NCBI RefSeq assembly: GCF_018977255.1
Contig: NW_024704743.1
Location: 9,798,001 to 9,862,000 of the forward strand
Source of the DNA: Callorhinchus milii
Taxonomy: Eukaryota
Direction: 5' to 3'
DNA: 64,000 nt
Shown: positions 24,869-38,317 of the stretch, piece after piece
Layout of the letters: the number at the start of each line of letters is the position of its first letter
Numbering within the stretch: position 1 is the first letter of the stretch
Position numbers and translations under genes: made by a program
The notes under the pieces: model-generated
Seen by the model: the letters and a program-made list of their open reading frames with translations, nothing else
Database searches by the model: none
What the model was told of the DNA's origin: nothing

Positions 24869-25879
24869 GCATAAAATGCTCTATGCAAATTGGTTGCCCC
24901 GTTTATCTACAAAACACACAGTCATTTCCACTTCATGGTATATCCTGTGAAGCACTTTTGAGACATCCTCCAGGCATAATAAAAGCAGATATTTGGACAG
25001 TGCATTCCACATTTTTCACAACGCTCTACTTCAGAACTACAGGCTCTTGGTTTCACTTCTGCGCAGAGCTTGCTGCCTTTTCTATATCTGCCATCCTGGA
25101 GAGGAAGGAATGTGAATGAACTGTGGTATTTGGCAGCAGCATTTTCTCTTGGGTATTGCAAAGAAATGTTAACTTAATTTGTTGGTAAAGCTAGTCAATG
25201 AGATGTAATCCACCGGTCTTGAATTTGAAATGCACTAAAATGAATGCATTCATACATAATTAAGTACTTCTGAACAAATGTAGCGTACCTTGATACAAAT
25301 TACATCACATCTAATGTTTATTGACTGCAGATGATAACACATCTTTTTCTATTAAATATAAATGGAATAACGCTTCTGAATTCTCCATGTATATAATTTA
25401 TTAAATAGCTTTCCATTTAAATTAAAGTCAAATTGTCTCTGAGGTCTCTGAGGATGTTTATTCTATTTTTTCTTGCATAGTCCTGCTTGATTTTCTTTAG
25501 TTCTGTGGTCAGTGTCTCTGAATATTTGCTTATTTGTCCTCTTAGACAAACTGTAATGTGTTGTTCCTGGTGCCACAAGCTCCAGAAAGCTGTTTCACAT
25601 TTGTGATTCCAACAGCATGATTTGCAATTGAAGCGGGCTACCTTGGCCCAAGAGGTAATACAGCGGAGAGCAATGAGGTATTAGAGAAATGATCAACCAT
25701 CAGAAAAGCTAGAGCTTTCCTTGATACAATGTGCCTCAGGGGGGACCTTACCAGTGTGTCTCCCTTCCATCCTCTGTCTGTCTCCCTCTCCTGTCATTCC
25801 CCCGCACGCTGCTCATTGCTAACCACAATGAGCTCACTCCCCCTTCTGCGCCACCTCTCGCCCCCACAGCCTCCTGCAG

Positions 25880-28132
25880 GCTGACAATGTCCCACTAATC
25901 CGCCGCCTCTCGTCTTAGCGTGTGCATCTTGGCTGCTGCCCCCGACCCGAGCTCTGTCCTGCTCTCTCTCCGCCCTCCCTGCCTCCTATCTTTGCTTGAA
26001 AACCCCACTGCCTCCCTCTGCTCCAGCCTGGGAATCTTCTGCTAGGCTCATCACAGTACTCAGCATTGGCTGTCCAGCAGCAGCCACACCGACTGCCCCA
26101 TTCCCCACTACCACCGCAAGCCACCTCGGACCCAGACCCTGGGGGCTAACCTCTCCTCCCAACCAACCCACTTCCCCCTCCCAGCCCACACCCCCCCCTG
26201 CCAACTGTCCACTCCGCATTGGCCTTCAAAACGTCCGTTCCATCTGCAATAAGACCCTGGCCGGCAATGATCTCATCCTCGATGAGAACGTTGATATTAT
26301 GGCCCTCACGGAAACTTTGATCGTCCCAGGTGCCATCTTCCCACTCACTGAGGCCACACCACCCGGCTATTACTACCACCATGTCCCACGCCCCAACCGC
26401 CGTGGCGGTGGTGTGGCCTTCATCTCCAGGGAGTCACTTGCCCTATCCCGCTATTCTGATGGCTCATTCCCCTCTTTTGAACACCTTACCCTCTGCCATC
26501 CTTCCCATCTCTCACTAAAAATTCTCCTAATTTACTGCCCCCCCAGAATCCTCCCCCACCTTCATCTCTGACATTTCCACCCTTCTAGCCTCCCTCTGCC
26601 TCTCCTGACAGCCTCATCGTCCTAGGCGAACTTCAACCTCAACTTCATCCATCTTGCTCCAGCTCCTCAGACTTCTCCTCTCTCCTCTCCTCTCTCAACC
26701 TCTCCCTCCACATCCACTCTGCTACCCACGTTCATGGCCACCTGCACGACCTGGTGATCACCTGGGGCCTCAGCATCTCAGATGTCACCATCACTGACGA
26801 GGCCATTTCTGACCACCTCCCTCAACTCCCATATCCCTCTCCCCACTGCCTCCAAACCTATCACCGTCTTCTACCGCCCGTGGAAGAAGATCTCCCCGCA
26901 ATCCCTCTCCACTGCCCTGGAGTCCTTTGAACTCCTCGCCCTCTGGCCCACCTCCTGCACCAACCCATCCTCTGCGTTTACTCTCCTCCACAGCACCCTC
27001 TCTACCACACTCGACGCCCTTGTCCCCCTCACCTCCCAAACTGCCTCCTATTCCCGATCCTCACCCTGGTTCACCAGCCACCTCCGCTTGCTCAAGGGCC
27101 AGGTGCGGGCTGCCGAACGCACTTGGCTCAAATCTGACCTCACGGTCCACCGCCACATCTGCCTGGACCACATCAAAACCTACCGCTCCGCTCTCATCTT
27201 GGCGAAATTGCCCTACTACTCCAGGTTAATCCTGGAGGCGAAAGGCAACCCCAGGCTCCTGTTCTCCACCACCAACCGGCTCCTCCGCACTCCACACCAC
27301 GCCTCGCAGATTCCTTCCTCCAACTCCCACTGCGTGGAAATGTTGGACTTCCTCGAGTCCAGAATCGAGGGAATCCGCTCTGCTGCTACTGCCCCCACAA
27401 CTTCCACCTCCTCCCTACCCCCAGCCCCCACACTCCGACCATTACCCATCCCTCCTTCCACACCTTTGAGCCGGTCACCCCCTCCTCTGTCATCACCACC
27501 ATATTCTCCATGAAGCCCACCACCTGCTCCCTCAACCCCATCTCCACCCCTCTCCATAAATGCCAGCTCTACCTCCTTGCCCCACTACTTGCCAACATCA
27601 CCAACCTTTCTCTGTCATCTGGCACTGTTCCTAACCCCCTCAAAACAGCCACTATCACACCCACCTTGAAGAAACCTTCCCTTGATCCATCACAGCTATC
27701 TAGCTACTGGCCCATCTCCCACTTCCCTTTTTNGACTAAGGTTCTTGAGAGAGCCGTCGCCTCCCAGCTTCGCTCTTTCCTCTCCTCTCCCTCCATGAAC
27801 CCCTCCAATCGGGTTTCTGTGCTGCCCACAGCACGGAAACTGCTCTGGTCAAGGTCACAAATGACATCCTGACCATGTGTGACCAGGGCTCCCTCTGCCT
27901 CCTCGTCCTCCTGGACCTCTCCGCCGTCTTTGACACTGGACCACTCAATCCTCCTCCACCGCCTCTCCTCCCACCTCAACCTTCAAAGATCTGTCCTTGA
28001 CTGGTTCAGGTCCTACCTTTCACTCCGCCTTCACTTCGTCTCTGCAAACGACTTTTCCTCCAGGCCCTGCACCGTCTCGTGTGGCGTTCCTCAGGGCTCT
28101 GTCATCGGTCCCCTCCTCTTCACCCTCTACAT
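25880..28132 (+). mobile_element. Older L2 subfamily copy, 5' part (degraded APE and RT N-terminal half)
   Basis: ORF pieces 25996-26571 (LQNVRS, ALTET, GGGVA), 26782-27513 and 27510-27872, ending at [16 protein letters not shown]. Several frameshifts and one N at 27733. Confidence 0.9.
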
Positions 28133-28557
28133 TGAAAAAACCCTCCCTTGATGTGTCGCAGCTATCAAGCTACCGGCCCATCTCCAACCTCCCCTTCCTG
28201 TCCAAGGTCCTTGAAAGACTTGTCGCCTCCCAGCTGCGCTCTTTCCTCTCCACCCATGCATTATTTGAACCTCTTCAGTCGGGTTTCCGTGCTGCCCATA
28301 GCACAGAAACCGCCCTGGTCAAGGTCACCAATGACATCTTGACCATCTGCGACCAGGGCTCCCTCTGCCTCCTCGTCCTCCTCGACCTATCGGCAGCATT
28401 CGTTACGGTCGACCACGCTATCCTCCTCCACCGCTTGTCCTCCCACCTCAACCTTCAAGGACCTGTCCTTGAGTGGTTTGGGTCGTACCTCTCCCACCGT
28501 CTTCATGTTGTTTCCACAAACGGGTTTTCTTCCAGCCCCGGCACTGTCTCGTGTGGT
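28132..28557 (+). mobile_element. Young L2 internal fragment (RT N-terminal half), no tail
   Basis: [43 protein letters not shown]; close to the 16-19 kb copy. Confidence 0.9.
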
Positions 28558-29297
28558 TGTGAGATTGTGGAAAAAAAATCTTTTATACCTAGGAATAATT
28601 TTATACCTTTTAACCAACTATTAGATGAACAAGCAAGTCCTGGGAAACGCAGACTCGGCACAATGCCAGCTGCATCCTTATCTGGGCATTTCACAGAAGC
28701 AGGGAAACAGTAACTTCTGCAAACCTTGAAGTAAGTGAGACATTGGCTGACACAAACACCATCGGGAGATAAGCTTACGTCTCAAACGTCCCTGAATCAT
28801 CCCCTAACCTGGGCCCCCTTCCTTCATTATTACTTACTCTGTGTTATAAATTTAAAGGTTACATTCTTGTTAGATAGCTTTAGAATATATCTTGTGTATT
28901 TTAGACAATGGTATTAATCAGGTACATACTCTATGACAATTGTATTTTCTTAATTCATAAAGAATAATAATCAGCATGAATAGAGACGACATTTAACCTT
29001 GTTAAGAGATATGGATTGTTTGACGTCACCATTCGAATAGTTGTTGGAGCCACATGATTGATAATACTATTTTAACTGCCTTTGTATGTATTGCAAACTG
29101 CAGCACTTTTTGGGTATAAAAACGCTGCTTTAACTGACCATCGGCAGCTCATTCTTTTGACTGTCCGGTGCTCTTCTTAGAGACTGTTGACTGCTCTTGA
29201 ATCAGCTCTTGCAATTGCAATTAAATCTTACTTTGGCTATACCCACGGTGTATGGTCTGTTTGTAAGACGACGATTGGGACGAACGAAAAAGTTACA
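28558..29297 (+). mobile_element. Solo LTR (740 bp) of an LTR retrotransposon or endogenous retrovirus
   Basis: AT-rich non-L2 block with TGTGA...TTACA termini. TATAAA at 29115-29120 and ATTAAA at 29220-29225, followed by a GT-rich stretch (U3-R-U5 order). No 4-6 bp TSD. Confidence 0.7.
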
Positions 29298-30073
29298 CTT
29301 TGTTTCCACAAATGGCTTTTCCTCCAGCCCCCGCACTGTCTGGTGCGGTGTCCCTCAGGGCTCTGTCCTCGGTCCCCTCCTCTTCACCCTCTATATGCTC
29401 CCCCTCGGTGACATCATCCGCAGACATGGGGTTAACTTCCACATGTATGCGGATGACACCCAACTCTACCTTTCCTCTTCTACCCTCAACTCCACGACTA
29501 CCAATGTCCTGACAGCCTTCCTGTCTGACATCGAGTCCTGGACGAGAGACAACTTTCTTCAGCTCGACGTGCGCAAAACTGAGGCCCTCCTGATTGGCTC
29601 ACGTCAGCGCCTCCGCACCTCAGGTTCTGACAGCATCAGCATCCAAGGTTGCACTCTCCACCTCTCAAAGCCGGTCAGGAACCTCGGGGTTCTGTTCGAC
29701 CCTGAGCTGTCCTTTCTCCCTCATATCCGCGCCACAACTGGCACCACCTTCCATCACCTCCGGAATGTCGCCAGACTACGGCACTACCTCACCCCTCACG
29801 CTGCTGAAACTCTGGTCCACGCCTTTATCACCTCAAGGCTGGACTATGGGAACTCTCTCCTCGCCGGCCTTCCCGGCACCTCCCTCCACAAGCTGCAGGT
29901 CATTCAGAACTCTGCAGCTCGTGTACTGTCCCGCACCAGGCTTCGCGACCACATCACTCCCACCCTCGCTCGCCTCCACTGGCTCCCCATCCCCCAGAGG
30001 ATCGAATTCAAGATCCTCACCCTCACCTACAAGGCCATTCACGGCCTCACTCCCTCCTACCTCTCCGACCTAC
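29298..30073 (+). mobile_element. Young L2 internal fragment (RT C-terminal half, in frame), no own tail
   Basis: [18 protein letters not shown] and [13 protein letters not shown] lie in one frame. The sequence switches to an older subfamily after 30073. Confidence 0.9.
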
Positions 30074-30355
30074 CTCACGCCTGACCTGCCATACCATCGG
30101 TGGCCGGGCTTTCAGCCTCTCTGCCTCCACACTCTGGAACTCCATCCTTGAAGCCCACCACCTGCTTCCTTGCCTCCTTCAAGGCCGGTCTCAAGACCCT
30201 CCTCTTCGATCATGCCATCAGTCGCCCTCCCACCTCTCTGCCTTCCCCCACCCCTCCCCCATGCTTGGATCCTGACCCTTGACTGTCCAGCGCCTTGGGA
30301 CGTTCTTCTGATGTGAAAGGCGCTCTATAAATGTAATTTTGTTGTTGTTATTGTT
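30074..30355 (+). mobile_element. 3' end of the older L2 copy
   Basis: ...TGGAACTCCATC...TTCAAGGCCGGTCTCAAGACC...AGCGCCTTGGGACG...GAAAGGCGCT followed by a (TTG)n tail. Confidence 0.85.
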
Positions 30356-33300
30356 GACCTTATAGAGGTATATAAGATTTTAAGTGGGGTTGAAACAGTA
30401 AACACAGAGCACTACTTACGGATTTACCATCACAGCAGAACAAGAGGATGCAGATTTAAAATTAAAAAGCGCTTTTTCGGGACAAATGACAGAAAGTATT
30501 TCTTTAACCGGTGAGTAATTGACAACCCGAGGAAGAGTGGTTATAGCCCGGACCTAGATTCATTTAAGAAACAGCTTGTTGTTATATGGTAAGGATGGTA
30601 ATGTTGTTCTGGAAGGAGGAGATCCAGTTGGCCCAAGACCCTTCTTTATCTGAAGCCACTCTTGTTATCTTGTGAAATAGAATCAAAAACAAACAAACAA
30701 ACTGCAAATGACTTTTAAAACAATTCAGACTTTGATGGGTAATTTCAGTGGCTGGCTAACTGCGACCTACTAAACCTTTACCAATCTGTCAGCTCCCTCC
30801 ACTTGGCAGGCACTCCATGAGTCCTGCCTTGCCTGCTCCATGAGTCCTGCCTTGCCCTGCCTGCCCCACCATTGGTGGTTGGGCTTCAGCCTTTCTGCCC
30901 CCACACAATAAGGTGCAGAAGATTTATTGTCGTTGGAAGCAATGCCACTCTAAACAGTCTGACCTAGTCCACATGAAAGAAGGTTAGACACTGAAGTAGG
31001 TGTTCCTACCGACCTGGCCCTCCCTTTGCTCAGTGAGCACTGGCCCACTTCAAATTGTCTGTCTGCTATCGGCGGGTGGGCTTCCAGCCATTCTGTCTCT
31101 CTGGGACTCCACCTGATTCTCTCTCCCCTCTTTCAAGGCACATTTCAAAACTTACCTCATTGGTCGGGCTTTCTGGGATCTTTCGTCTTTCCACCCCTCA
31201 CCTCCCTAGTTTGGGTACTTGTCTGATATTGTGCATGTACCTTGGGATATCTAGAGGCTAATCAGCAGCTAAAAGAATTATCAAGAAGGGTTAAAGAGGG
31301 CAGTAAAGTGCATTTGTCTTTGTCTTGAAGAAACAGTGAGACAGTGGGGTGAGGATTCCTGAAGGATGAGATGAAAAAGGCCAAAGGGCTTCTTTCATCC
31401 TAATTTATCTGGTGATTTCTTTGATGCTTATGTTCTTGAGGTGAGGGTAAAACAACATCAATTTGCATTTATATTGCGTGCTTCACGCAGGTATTGTTTT
31501 GGAGGGCTAAAAAAATGCTTTCAGTAAATTTGGCTGCTTAGGTAAGAATGTTTATGCCTCAAAGTGAAGCTACTCGGCCCATCTTATCTATCTTGCTGCC
31601 AGCTCCTGCGCTGGAGCTATCTATTCTAATTCCAATTCTTTTCTCCTTCCTCATACCCTTAATTATTATAACTCTTTGAGTAGTTATTCAATCCCCTTCT
31701 AACTATGAGCGTGGACTGCTTTTGTGGTGAAGGATTTCATATTCTAAGAAATCTCTGTAAAGTAATTTGACTCAGCTCTTTGTCTTAACAATTTTAATTG
31801 ATGCCGTCTTGTGACTGACTGACCGTCAGTGAAGGTTCCAATCTCAATGGTCCATAGTTTGTACTAGCCTCTCATCTGTACCTTTCACCACCTTCAACTG
31901 ATGTGATCTAAAGTGAATGGAAATGAAAACTCTGTTCTATTTGGACAATTCTATTTTCAGTCTAACAACCTGTGATTGGGTTGTTCAAAGATGGAGACAG
32001 TTTTGGTGCATAGCAGGTTGTCCTGCTTCATGCTGGCTCGTTCTGGGTGATCAGAGGAAACATGCTGGTTGGAGAACTTTGAGAAATTGAAATGGCCTCT
32101 GTGATTTTCAATCAAACTCCTCAGGAGACTGCACAGTGGGAAAGATATAATCTTTTTAAATTCCAGATACAGTATCTAATGTTAAAGATCTAATGCTATA
32201 TTGTTCTAAACAACTTTGTCAGATAACTTTAACTGCTTCACAACCAAAACCAAACATAGTAACTTTATTTGAAGGCTAAAAATAAATGAAATAAATAAAA
32301 TAACTGGTTGTGAGACACTGCTGTGCACAATTGGCTGTCAAAATACAGTCAATCCACTTTGTAATATATTCTGTGAAGCGCTTTGAGGTGTCTTGACGAT
32401 ATGATAAGGCACTATATTGAATGCAAGGATTATTATTATAAAAACCTCCTCTTTTTAGTGAGATAATAATACTTGCATTTGATATAGCTCTTTATCATGT
32501 CTTCAAAGCACTTCACAGAATAAATTGTAAAGTGTAGATTTTGTACACTGTAGATTTTGTGGGCAAAATGTTTTGTGTGCTGAAATCTATTTTGTCTTTG
32601 ACATCGAGCATGTCTGAGATATAGAATACAGATCTTGCTATCGTACTAATGATGTAGCTTACTCCATCCTCTGTAGCGCATCCCATTCTGTTGTGCTAAT
32701 GCAAACTTCCCATTTCCTACAGTGAGATGTTACTAATATAGTGCTTCACTGAAGGACAAATTGTGGGGAGCTGTGAATATGTATCAATTAGGATTTGCAT
32801 TCAGAGTTGCCAAGCTCATGTCTGTTGGTACTTGCATTTGGCAGAGGGGATTGAATGATGGAAATTTATAATAATAATAATCCTTGCAATTGATATAGCG
32901 CCTTATCACAAAGTCAAGATGTCTCGATGTACTGTCAGAATCAGAGGTGAGGGTGCTACCCTACTGAGATAAGGTCAGCATGTTATAGCTATTCAATTTT
33001 GTATAAGCTTTGTAAAATTAACAATTAAAGTATTTTGAGCTCCTCAATGTCTACCACTGTACAATTATTTTTGAAATTTAAAAGTAAATTAGCGTAACTA
33101 GTCTTCTACAAAGGCTTGGGAGCCTGCAAAGTTCTGATATCCAAATTGCCCATCAACCCAATCCTCGGCTGACTTCACTGTCTCACTGTCTCTCTATCTC
33201 CAAAAGGATCACGTTCAGGATCCTTGCCCTTGCAGACAAATTCCTTCACATCCTAGCACCTGACCTGCTCGTATAATGTACAAGACAGTTGAGTATGGCT

Positions 33301-35239
33301 GTGGAAAGCCCTCCCTGACCAGAGCACCCAAAAGTAACATACCATCAGACCTTCTGGTTACCCGACAGCTGGGAAGGGTTAGTAAATCTGTTACCTTGTA
33401 ATTCAAGGCAACTGAATGAGGAATGATATGCCTTTCCAAATATCATTCTGCGTTATATTGTTCTATTTTTTTCCTCCAATTTATCCCTTTTCTTGTTTCA
33501 TCTCTGGTAGGCAGCGACTTAAGCTGAAAGGCACCGGCTGCCCAGTGTTCATTCTGATAGCGTGAGCTTATATATCGAGCACTTGAGTGGCAATTCAACT
33601 ATGCAGAGGAGGCGTTGTCACATCTAACACTGAACTTTTCCTTACCTAATGCTGCCCACTTTCCAGCAGGATCGCCAGATAATGATCACAAACACTTCTC
33701 CTCCCACGCTGCAGCCCAGTGTTGCTGAAACTCATGGTAACACCCAATTTCTGTCTTGTTTCGCCTTGCGCTTTGCCCACAAAATATCGTCAATTCGCTT
33801 TACAGAATATTCTGTGAAGCACTTTGAGACGTCGCAATGACGTTATACCAAATGCAAGTATTATTATCATCGCTTACTTCAACTAACACCTGGTCTGTAT
33901 GACATAGCACCACATCAACCAGTGTGTATAACCATTACGTGATTAGGGGGAAATCTTTCACTGTTATCTGCAAGGTAATGAGAGAACATACGCTTTAGAA
34001 GAGTTTGGGAGGATTACTTATTACACAATTCATTTAGTTGATTACAATATAAATAAACGTGGACTTTTTTCCTCCACTTCCTTTTGATTCTGTCTAGTTA
34101 GATTTGCAAAGGGAATGCTTTATATTGGACCATTTCTTTACATTTTACCGGTTGCAATAGTTATTGCAAATCAATTGCCTATAATGTACACTTGGGTCCA
34201 CTGTCCTTTGCTTGTTGGTTCACAGACACTGCATATTTCCTACAGGGTTCATCTTGATCAAGGTCTCATACCAGTCACTTATAATCCTTACATTTGATAT
34301 AACATCAATGCCTCAAAGAGCTCCTGTAAAGCTCCTGTATACTGTAAAGTTACTATGTATCTGTAGGCAAATGTGGCACCTAATTTGCATACAGTAGTGT
34401 CCCACAAACAACCATGGAATGAATGACCAATTTTATCTCAAGGATTTAGGCTAGTTCAAATAGCGCCATGGGTATTTAATGCCCACTTGAACAGGCAGTT
34501 GAGACTTCAGTTTACCCAAAGGATGGTGCTGATGATCCAGTGGAATACTGCATTGCCAGCCTAGATTATGAGCTCAAGGTCCTGACGTTCAACTGACAAC
34601 CCTCTAACCCAAATGTGAGTTAACATGGGAGAGGAAACCAGCTCAAACAGTCTGCCAAGTAGAGGAAGCTCCAAGTATTGCTGAAAGATTAAGTTGTTGT
34701 TCATTCAGAGTTGACGTTTTCTGTTGACTATCTGGGTGGGGAGTTAAAATATCAAGCTATTTTTAGATCATGTTCTATGTGAAGCTATGTTGAAACAAAA
34801 TGCAGGGTTTCATTCAAGAGCTTGAAGTCTTGGAGCCCCTTGATAAGGCATTTTAATAGTCCACTCACCAAAACACCAAAAGGATCTTAAAATTTGTTTA
34901 AGCTGCTATGAGGACTCTGTTTAGGGTACCCATCCCAGATTCAATTCAGTGAGTGGCTGTTTAGCGACTTCCTTATATGGTTCGTTCTTAAAATGAAGGA
35001 AATACACAAAGTACAAAATGCAGAGTCACCGCATATAACAAATCCTGTAAAATACCTTGAGATGTTTTGGTTACGTGATGAAGCACTATATTAAATGTAA
35101 GGATTATTCTTATTTAAACAGGATTGAAAATCAGAATGCAAAATTCATGTGTGTAAATAGTAATTACCTCTTTAAGATCTTAGATTTTTTTCAGTAACAA
35201 TAGACATTTTTATTTGCGGTCTTGGAAATAATTATTTTA

Positions 35240-35442
35240 TTGGGCATCTGAAAGGGTGGTGGAACCCGATTCGATAACAGCTTCTAAGAATGTAAATAAT
35301 TATTTGGGGAGGACAAGTTTGCAGGGCTATGGGGAGAGAGCGGGAGTGTGGAATTGAATTGGATAGCTCTTTTCAAAGAGCCGGCACAGACACGATGGGC
35401 TGAATGGCCTCCTTCTGTGCTGTATAATTCTTTGATTCTATG
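35240..35442 (+). mobile_element. CR1 3'-end fragment
   Basis: GGGCTATGGGGAGAGAGCGGG..GGGCTGAATGGCCTCCTTCTGTGCTG..ATTCTATG. Confidence 0.8.
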
Positions 35443-35849
35443 ATATGAGTGATTCAAACGTTGATTGTGAGGCTCCAGTATGTTATTCCATTTACTTTCT
35501 CTTCTCTGATAATAATATCATAATAATCATTGAATTTGATACAGCGCCCTTCACTTTGGAAAGACAAAATGAAGAACTTCACAAGATTTACTACACTGTG
35601 TAGTGACTGTTTATTTTTTCGAATTGCGGGAGCTGATTTGTGCACAGCAATATCCTACAACCAGCAATGAAGTGAATGACCATTATTATCTGGAGGATTG
35701 TTGTCTAGCATAGCGGGGGAAACTTCTCTTCCTCATGATTATATATTTTTAATGAAGCCTATTTCTAAAAAGTATCTCTTTAGATTTTCTCTCGAGCAAT
35801 TTTGAATTACTATAATATTGTACAATAATAATCCTTGCATTTGATAGAG

Positions 35850-36211
35850 AAGTCCTGTTGCTTAGTGTGAACATTCACCTCGCAAGCGAGAGACCTGGGA
35901 TCGATTCCCAGCAGGGTGAAATGCTGGGCAAGTTTCCTTATTCCACACGCCTCTGTTTACCTAGCAGTATGTAGGAATTTGATTGTTAGTTGATTGGCGG
36001 TTTGCTTTTTCAGGAATAATAATTCTTACACAAAAAAAATTGGTCACTTAATCCACGACTATTTGTGCGTCACTGCTGTGGGCAATTGGCTGCTGCGTTT
36101 CACTTACAAAATGTACAGTCAATTCACTTTATAGTATATTCTGTGAAGGGCTTTGAGACATCTTGAAGATGTGATATGGTGCTATATCAAATGCAAGGAT
36201 TATTATTATTA
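35850..36211 (+). mobile_element. tRNA-Ala SINE, long subfamily
   Basis: Head, CORE-like segment, Deu-like segment and tail all present. Confidence 0.9.
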
Positions 36212-36544
36212 TCCATAGCGTGATTGAAATGCCTCAAAGCACTTGTAATGTGTAATGATTGCATATTTGTAGCAAACTCTGAAGCCATTTTGAGTATAAC
36301 AATGCCTCATAAACAGCCATGAAGTGAAATGACCATTTTTTATCTGGGAGAATGTTGGCCTGGACAGAGGGACAAACTCCCTTCTCTTTTTCAATAGTGC
36401 CATGAACAGGCACACGGACCTCAGTTTATTGTCGCATTCAAAGGATAGCACCCCCAAAAATGCAGTGCTCCCCTAACACTGGAATGTCTACCTGTGTTAT
36501 GGGCTTGAGTCTTGGCATGAGACTTAATCCCACAAATTGCAGTA

Positions 36545-36883
36545 GAATCCTGTAGCGTAGTGGTTAGAACACTCGCCTCGCAAATGGCAGGGTGAAATAT
36601 TGTGCAAGTTTCCTTACTCCACACGCCTCTGTTCACCTAGCAGTAAATAGGAACCAGGTTGTTAGTCGATTGGCGGATCGGTAATAATCCCTTCCAAAAA
36701 AAAATAATAATAATTTGGTCACTCAATCCGTGACCGTTTGTAGGTCACTGCTGTGCGTAATTGGCTGCCACATTTGCCCACAAAATATAGTCAATTCAGT
36801 TTACAGTATATTCTGTGAAATGCTTTGAGACCTCTTGAAGTCGTGATAAGGCACTATATTAAATGCAAGGATTATTATGATTA
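36545..36883 (+). mobile_element. tRNA-Ala SINE, long subfamily (B-box region deleted)
   Basis: TCCTGTAGCGTAGTGGTTAG..GCCTCTGTTCACCTAGCAGTAAATAGG..tail. Confidence 0.88.
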
Positions 36884-37204
36884 TATAACCTTTTGGCTCA
36901 GAGAAGAGTGTACTAACAACTGAGCCAGACCAACACCTGCCTGTTCAGTTGGATGGAAAAAATCACATGGCACTATTTGAAAAGAGAGGCAAGTTTCTCT
37001 CTGTCCTGGTCAACAATTCCTTAGGTAAGTGGCAAGAGTGGTATTCAGGTGCAACATTTGTGCTGAATTATTTAAGGAAGGCACTTCAATTTGAAGTGGG
37101 CAATGCTGAATTCATTTTGCATTAAATTGAAGTTCAAGGGAAATTCAGAGATCTGAACAATAGTGAGATCATTATGACTTGGTCTTTTAGTCATGAAATA
37201 GAAA

Positions 37205-37558
37205 TAACAATCAAACTTTGCATTTGACATAGGGCCTTACATCAGCGCCTCTATAAGCGTTTTGCATAAAGTGTGTCAACGGTGTATTCATATGCAAACA
37301 TGGCAGCCAATTTTGCACATAGCAGTATGCCACAAAAGCTATGAAATGAATGACCTTTTTATTTGGGCTATTATTAGCCAGGATACCAGGAGAAACTCCC
37401 TTCTCTTTTCAAATAGTGACAAGAGATCTTTAACATCCTTCTGAACAGGTGGACTATACCTTGTTTTAATGTCCCATCTGAAGCACAGTACAGCACTGGA
37501 GGGTCAGACTAGACTATGAGTTCAAAGACAACCTTTTGACTCAGTTGCGAGATTGCTA
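37205..37558 (-). mobile_element. Old long Deu-type SINE
   Basis: Tail, Deu body and CTGACTCAG-like head on the minus strand. Confidence 0.72.
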
Positions 37559-37864
37559 TTCAGGCACAACCTTTTTGGTGCTGACTTATTTATGGAAGAC
37601 CCTGTGCTTTGAAGTAGGCACTGTTGGACTCTCTTTGAATTAAATTGAGGTTCAAGGGAAACTCGGGAGATCTAAACGCCTTGATTTGTGAGCAACTTGT
37701 ATGGCTCAAAATGGGAATTGGCACAACAGTTGCTTTGGAAAATGATTAACACCCAGATTCAATGAGACTGTGTGACGATCTCAACCTTGACAACCAGTTC
37801 AGTACTGCCACACTTAATTTAAATTGGTAGATTGTCCAGCACTGCAAAGGCTCACTAACCCTTC

Positions 37865-37980
37865 CGTGTGCGTGTGTGTGTATCTGTGTGCATGTGTGTG
37901 TATCTGTGTGTGCGTGTGTGTCCGTGTGTGTGTGCATCTGTGTGTGTGTGTTTGTCTGTGTGCTTGAGTGTATATGTGCA
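37865..37980. repeat. Compound (TG)n microsatellite
   Basis: Interrupted TG repeats. Confidence 0.95.
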
Positions 37981-38109
37981 TGCAAATATGGATAGAGAAA
38001 TTCAAAAACATGATTTTGAAATGAAGAGAGAGAATTGAGATTGAAATGATGATCATATTTTTAAAGAGTTAAGAATTTTCTATACGTAAGAAAAGGCTTA
38101 AAGATGCAC

Positions 38110-38317
38110 ATAATAATAATAATCCTTGCATTTGATATAGCGCTTTTCACGTCGGGAGGACGTCCTAAAGCGCTTCACAGAACACACGGTAAAGTGAATT
38201 GACTGTATATTTGTGGGCGAACACGGCAGCCAATTGCGCACAGCAATGTCCCACAAACAGTCGTAGATTGAAAATGACCAATTTACTATTGTTTTTAGTT
38301 TTGGAGGGATTATTATT
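38110..38317 (-). mobile_element. 5'-truncated young SINE
   Basis: 3' two-thirds near-identical to 13226-13433; truncated at the internal (AAT) run. Confidence 0.9.

Noticed and set aside
29197..30084. 295-aa chimeric LTR-RT protein gene
   Set aside because: It starts at TTG inside the LTR and is a partial RT read-through with no evidence of function.
30813..30856. 23-bp tandem duplication
   Set aside because: Two units only, in a decayed repeat; ordinary slippage, not an array.
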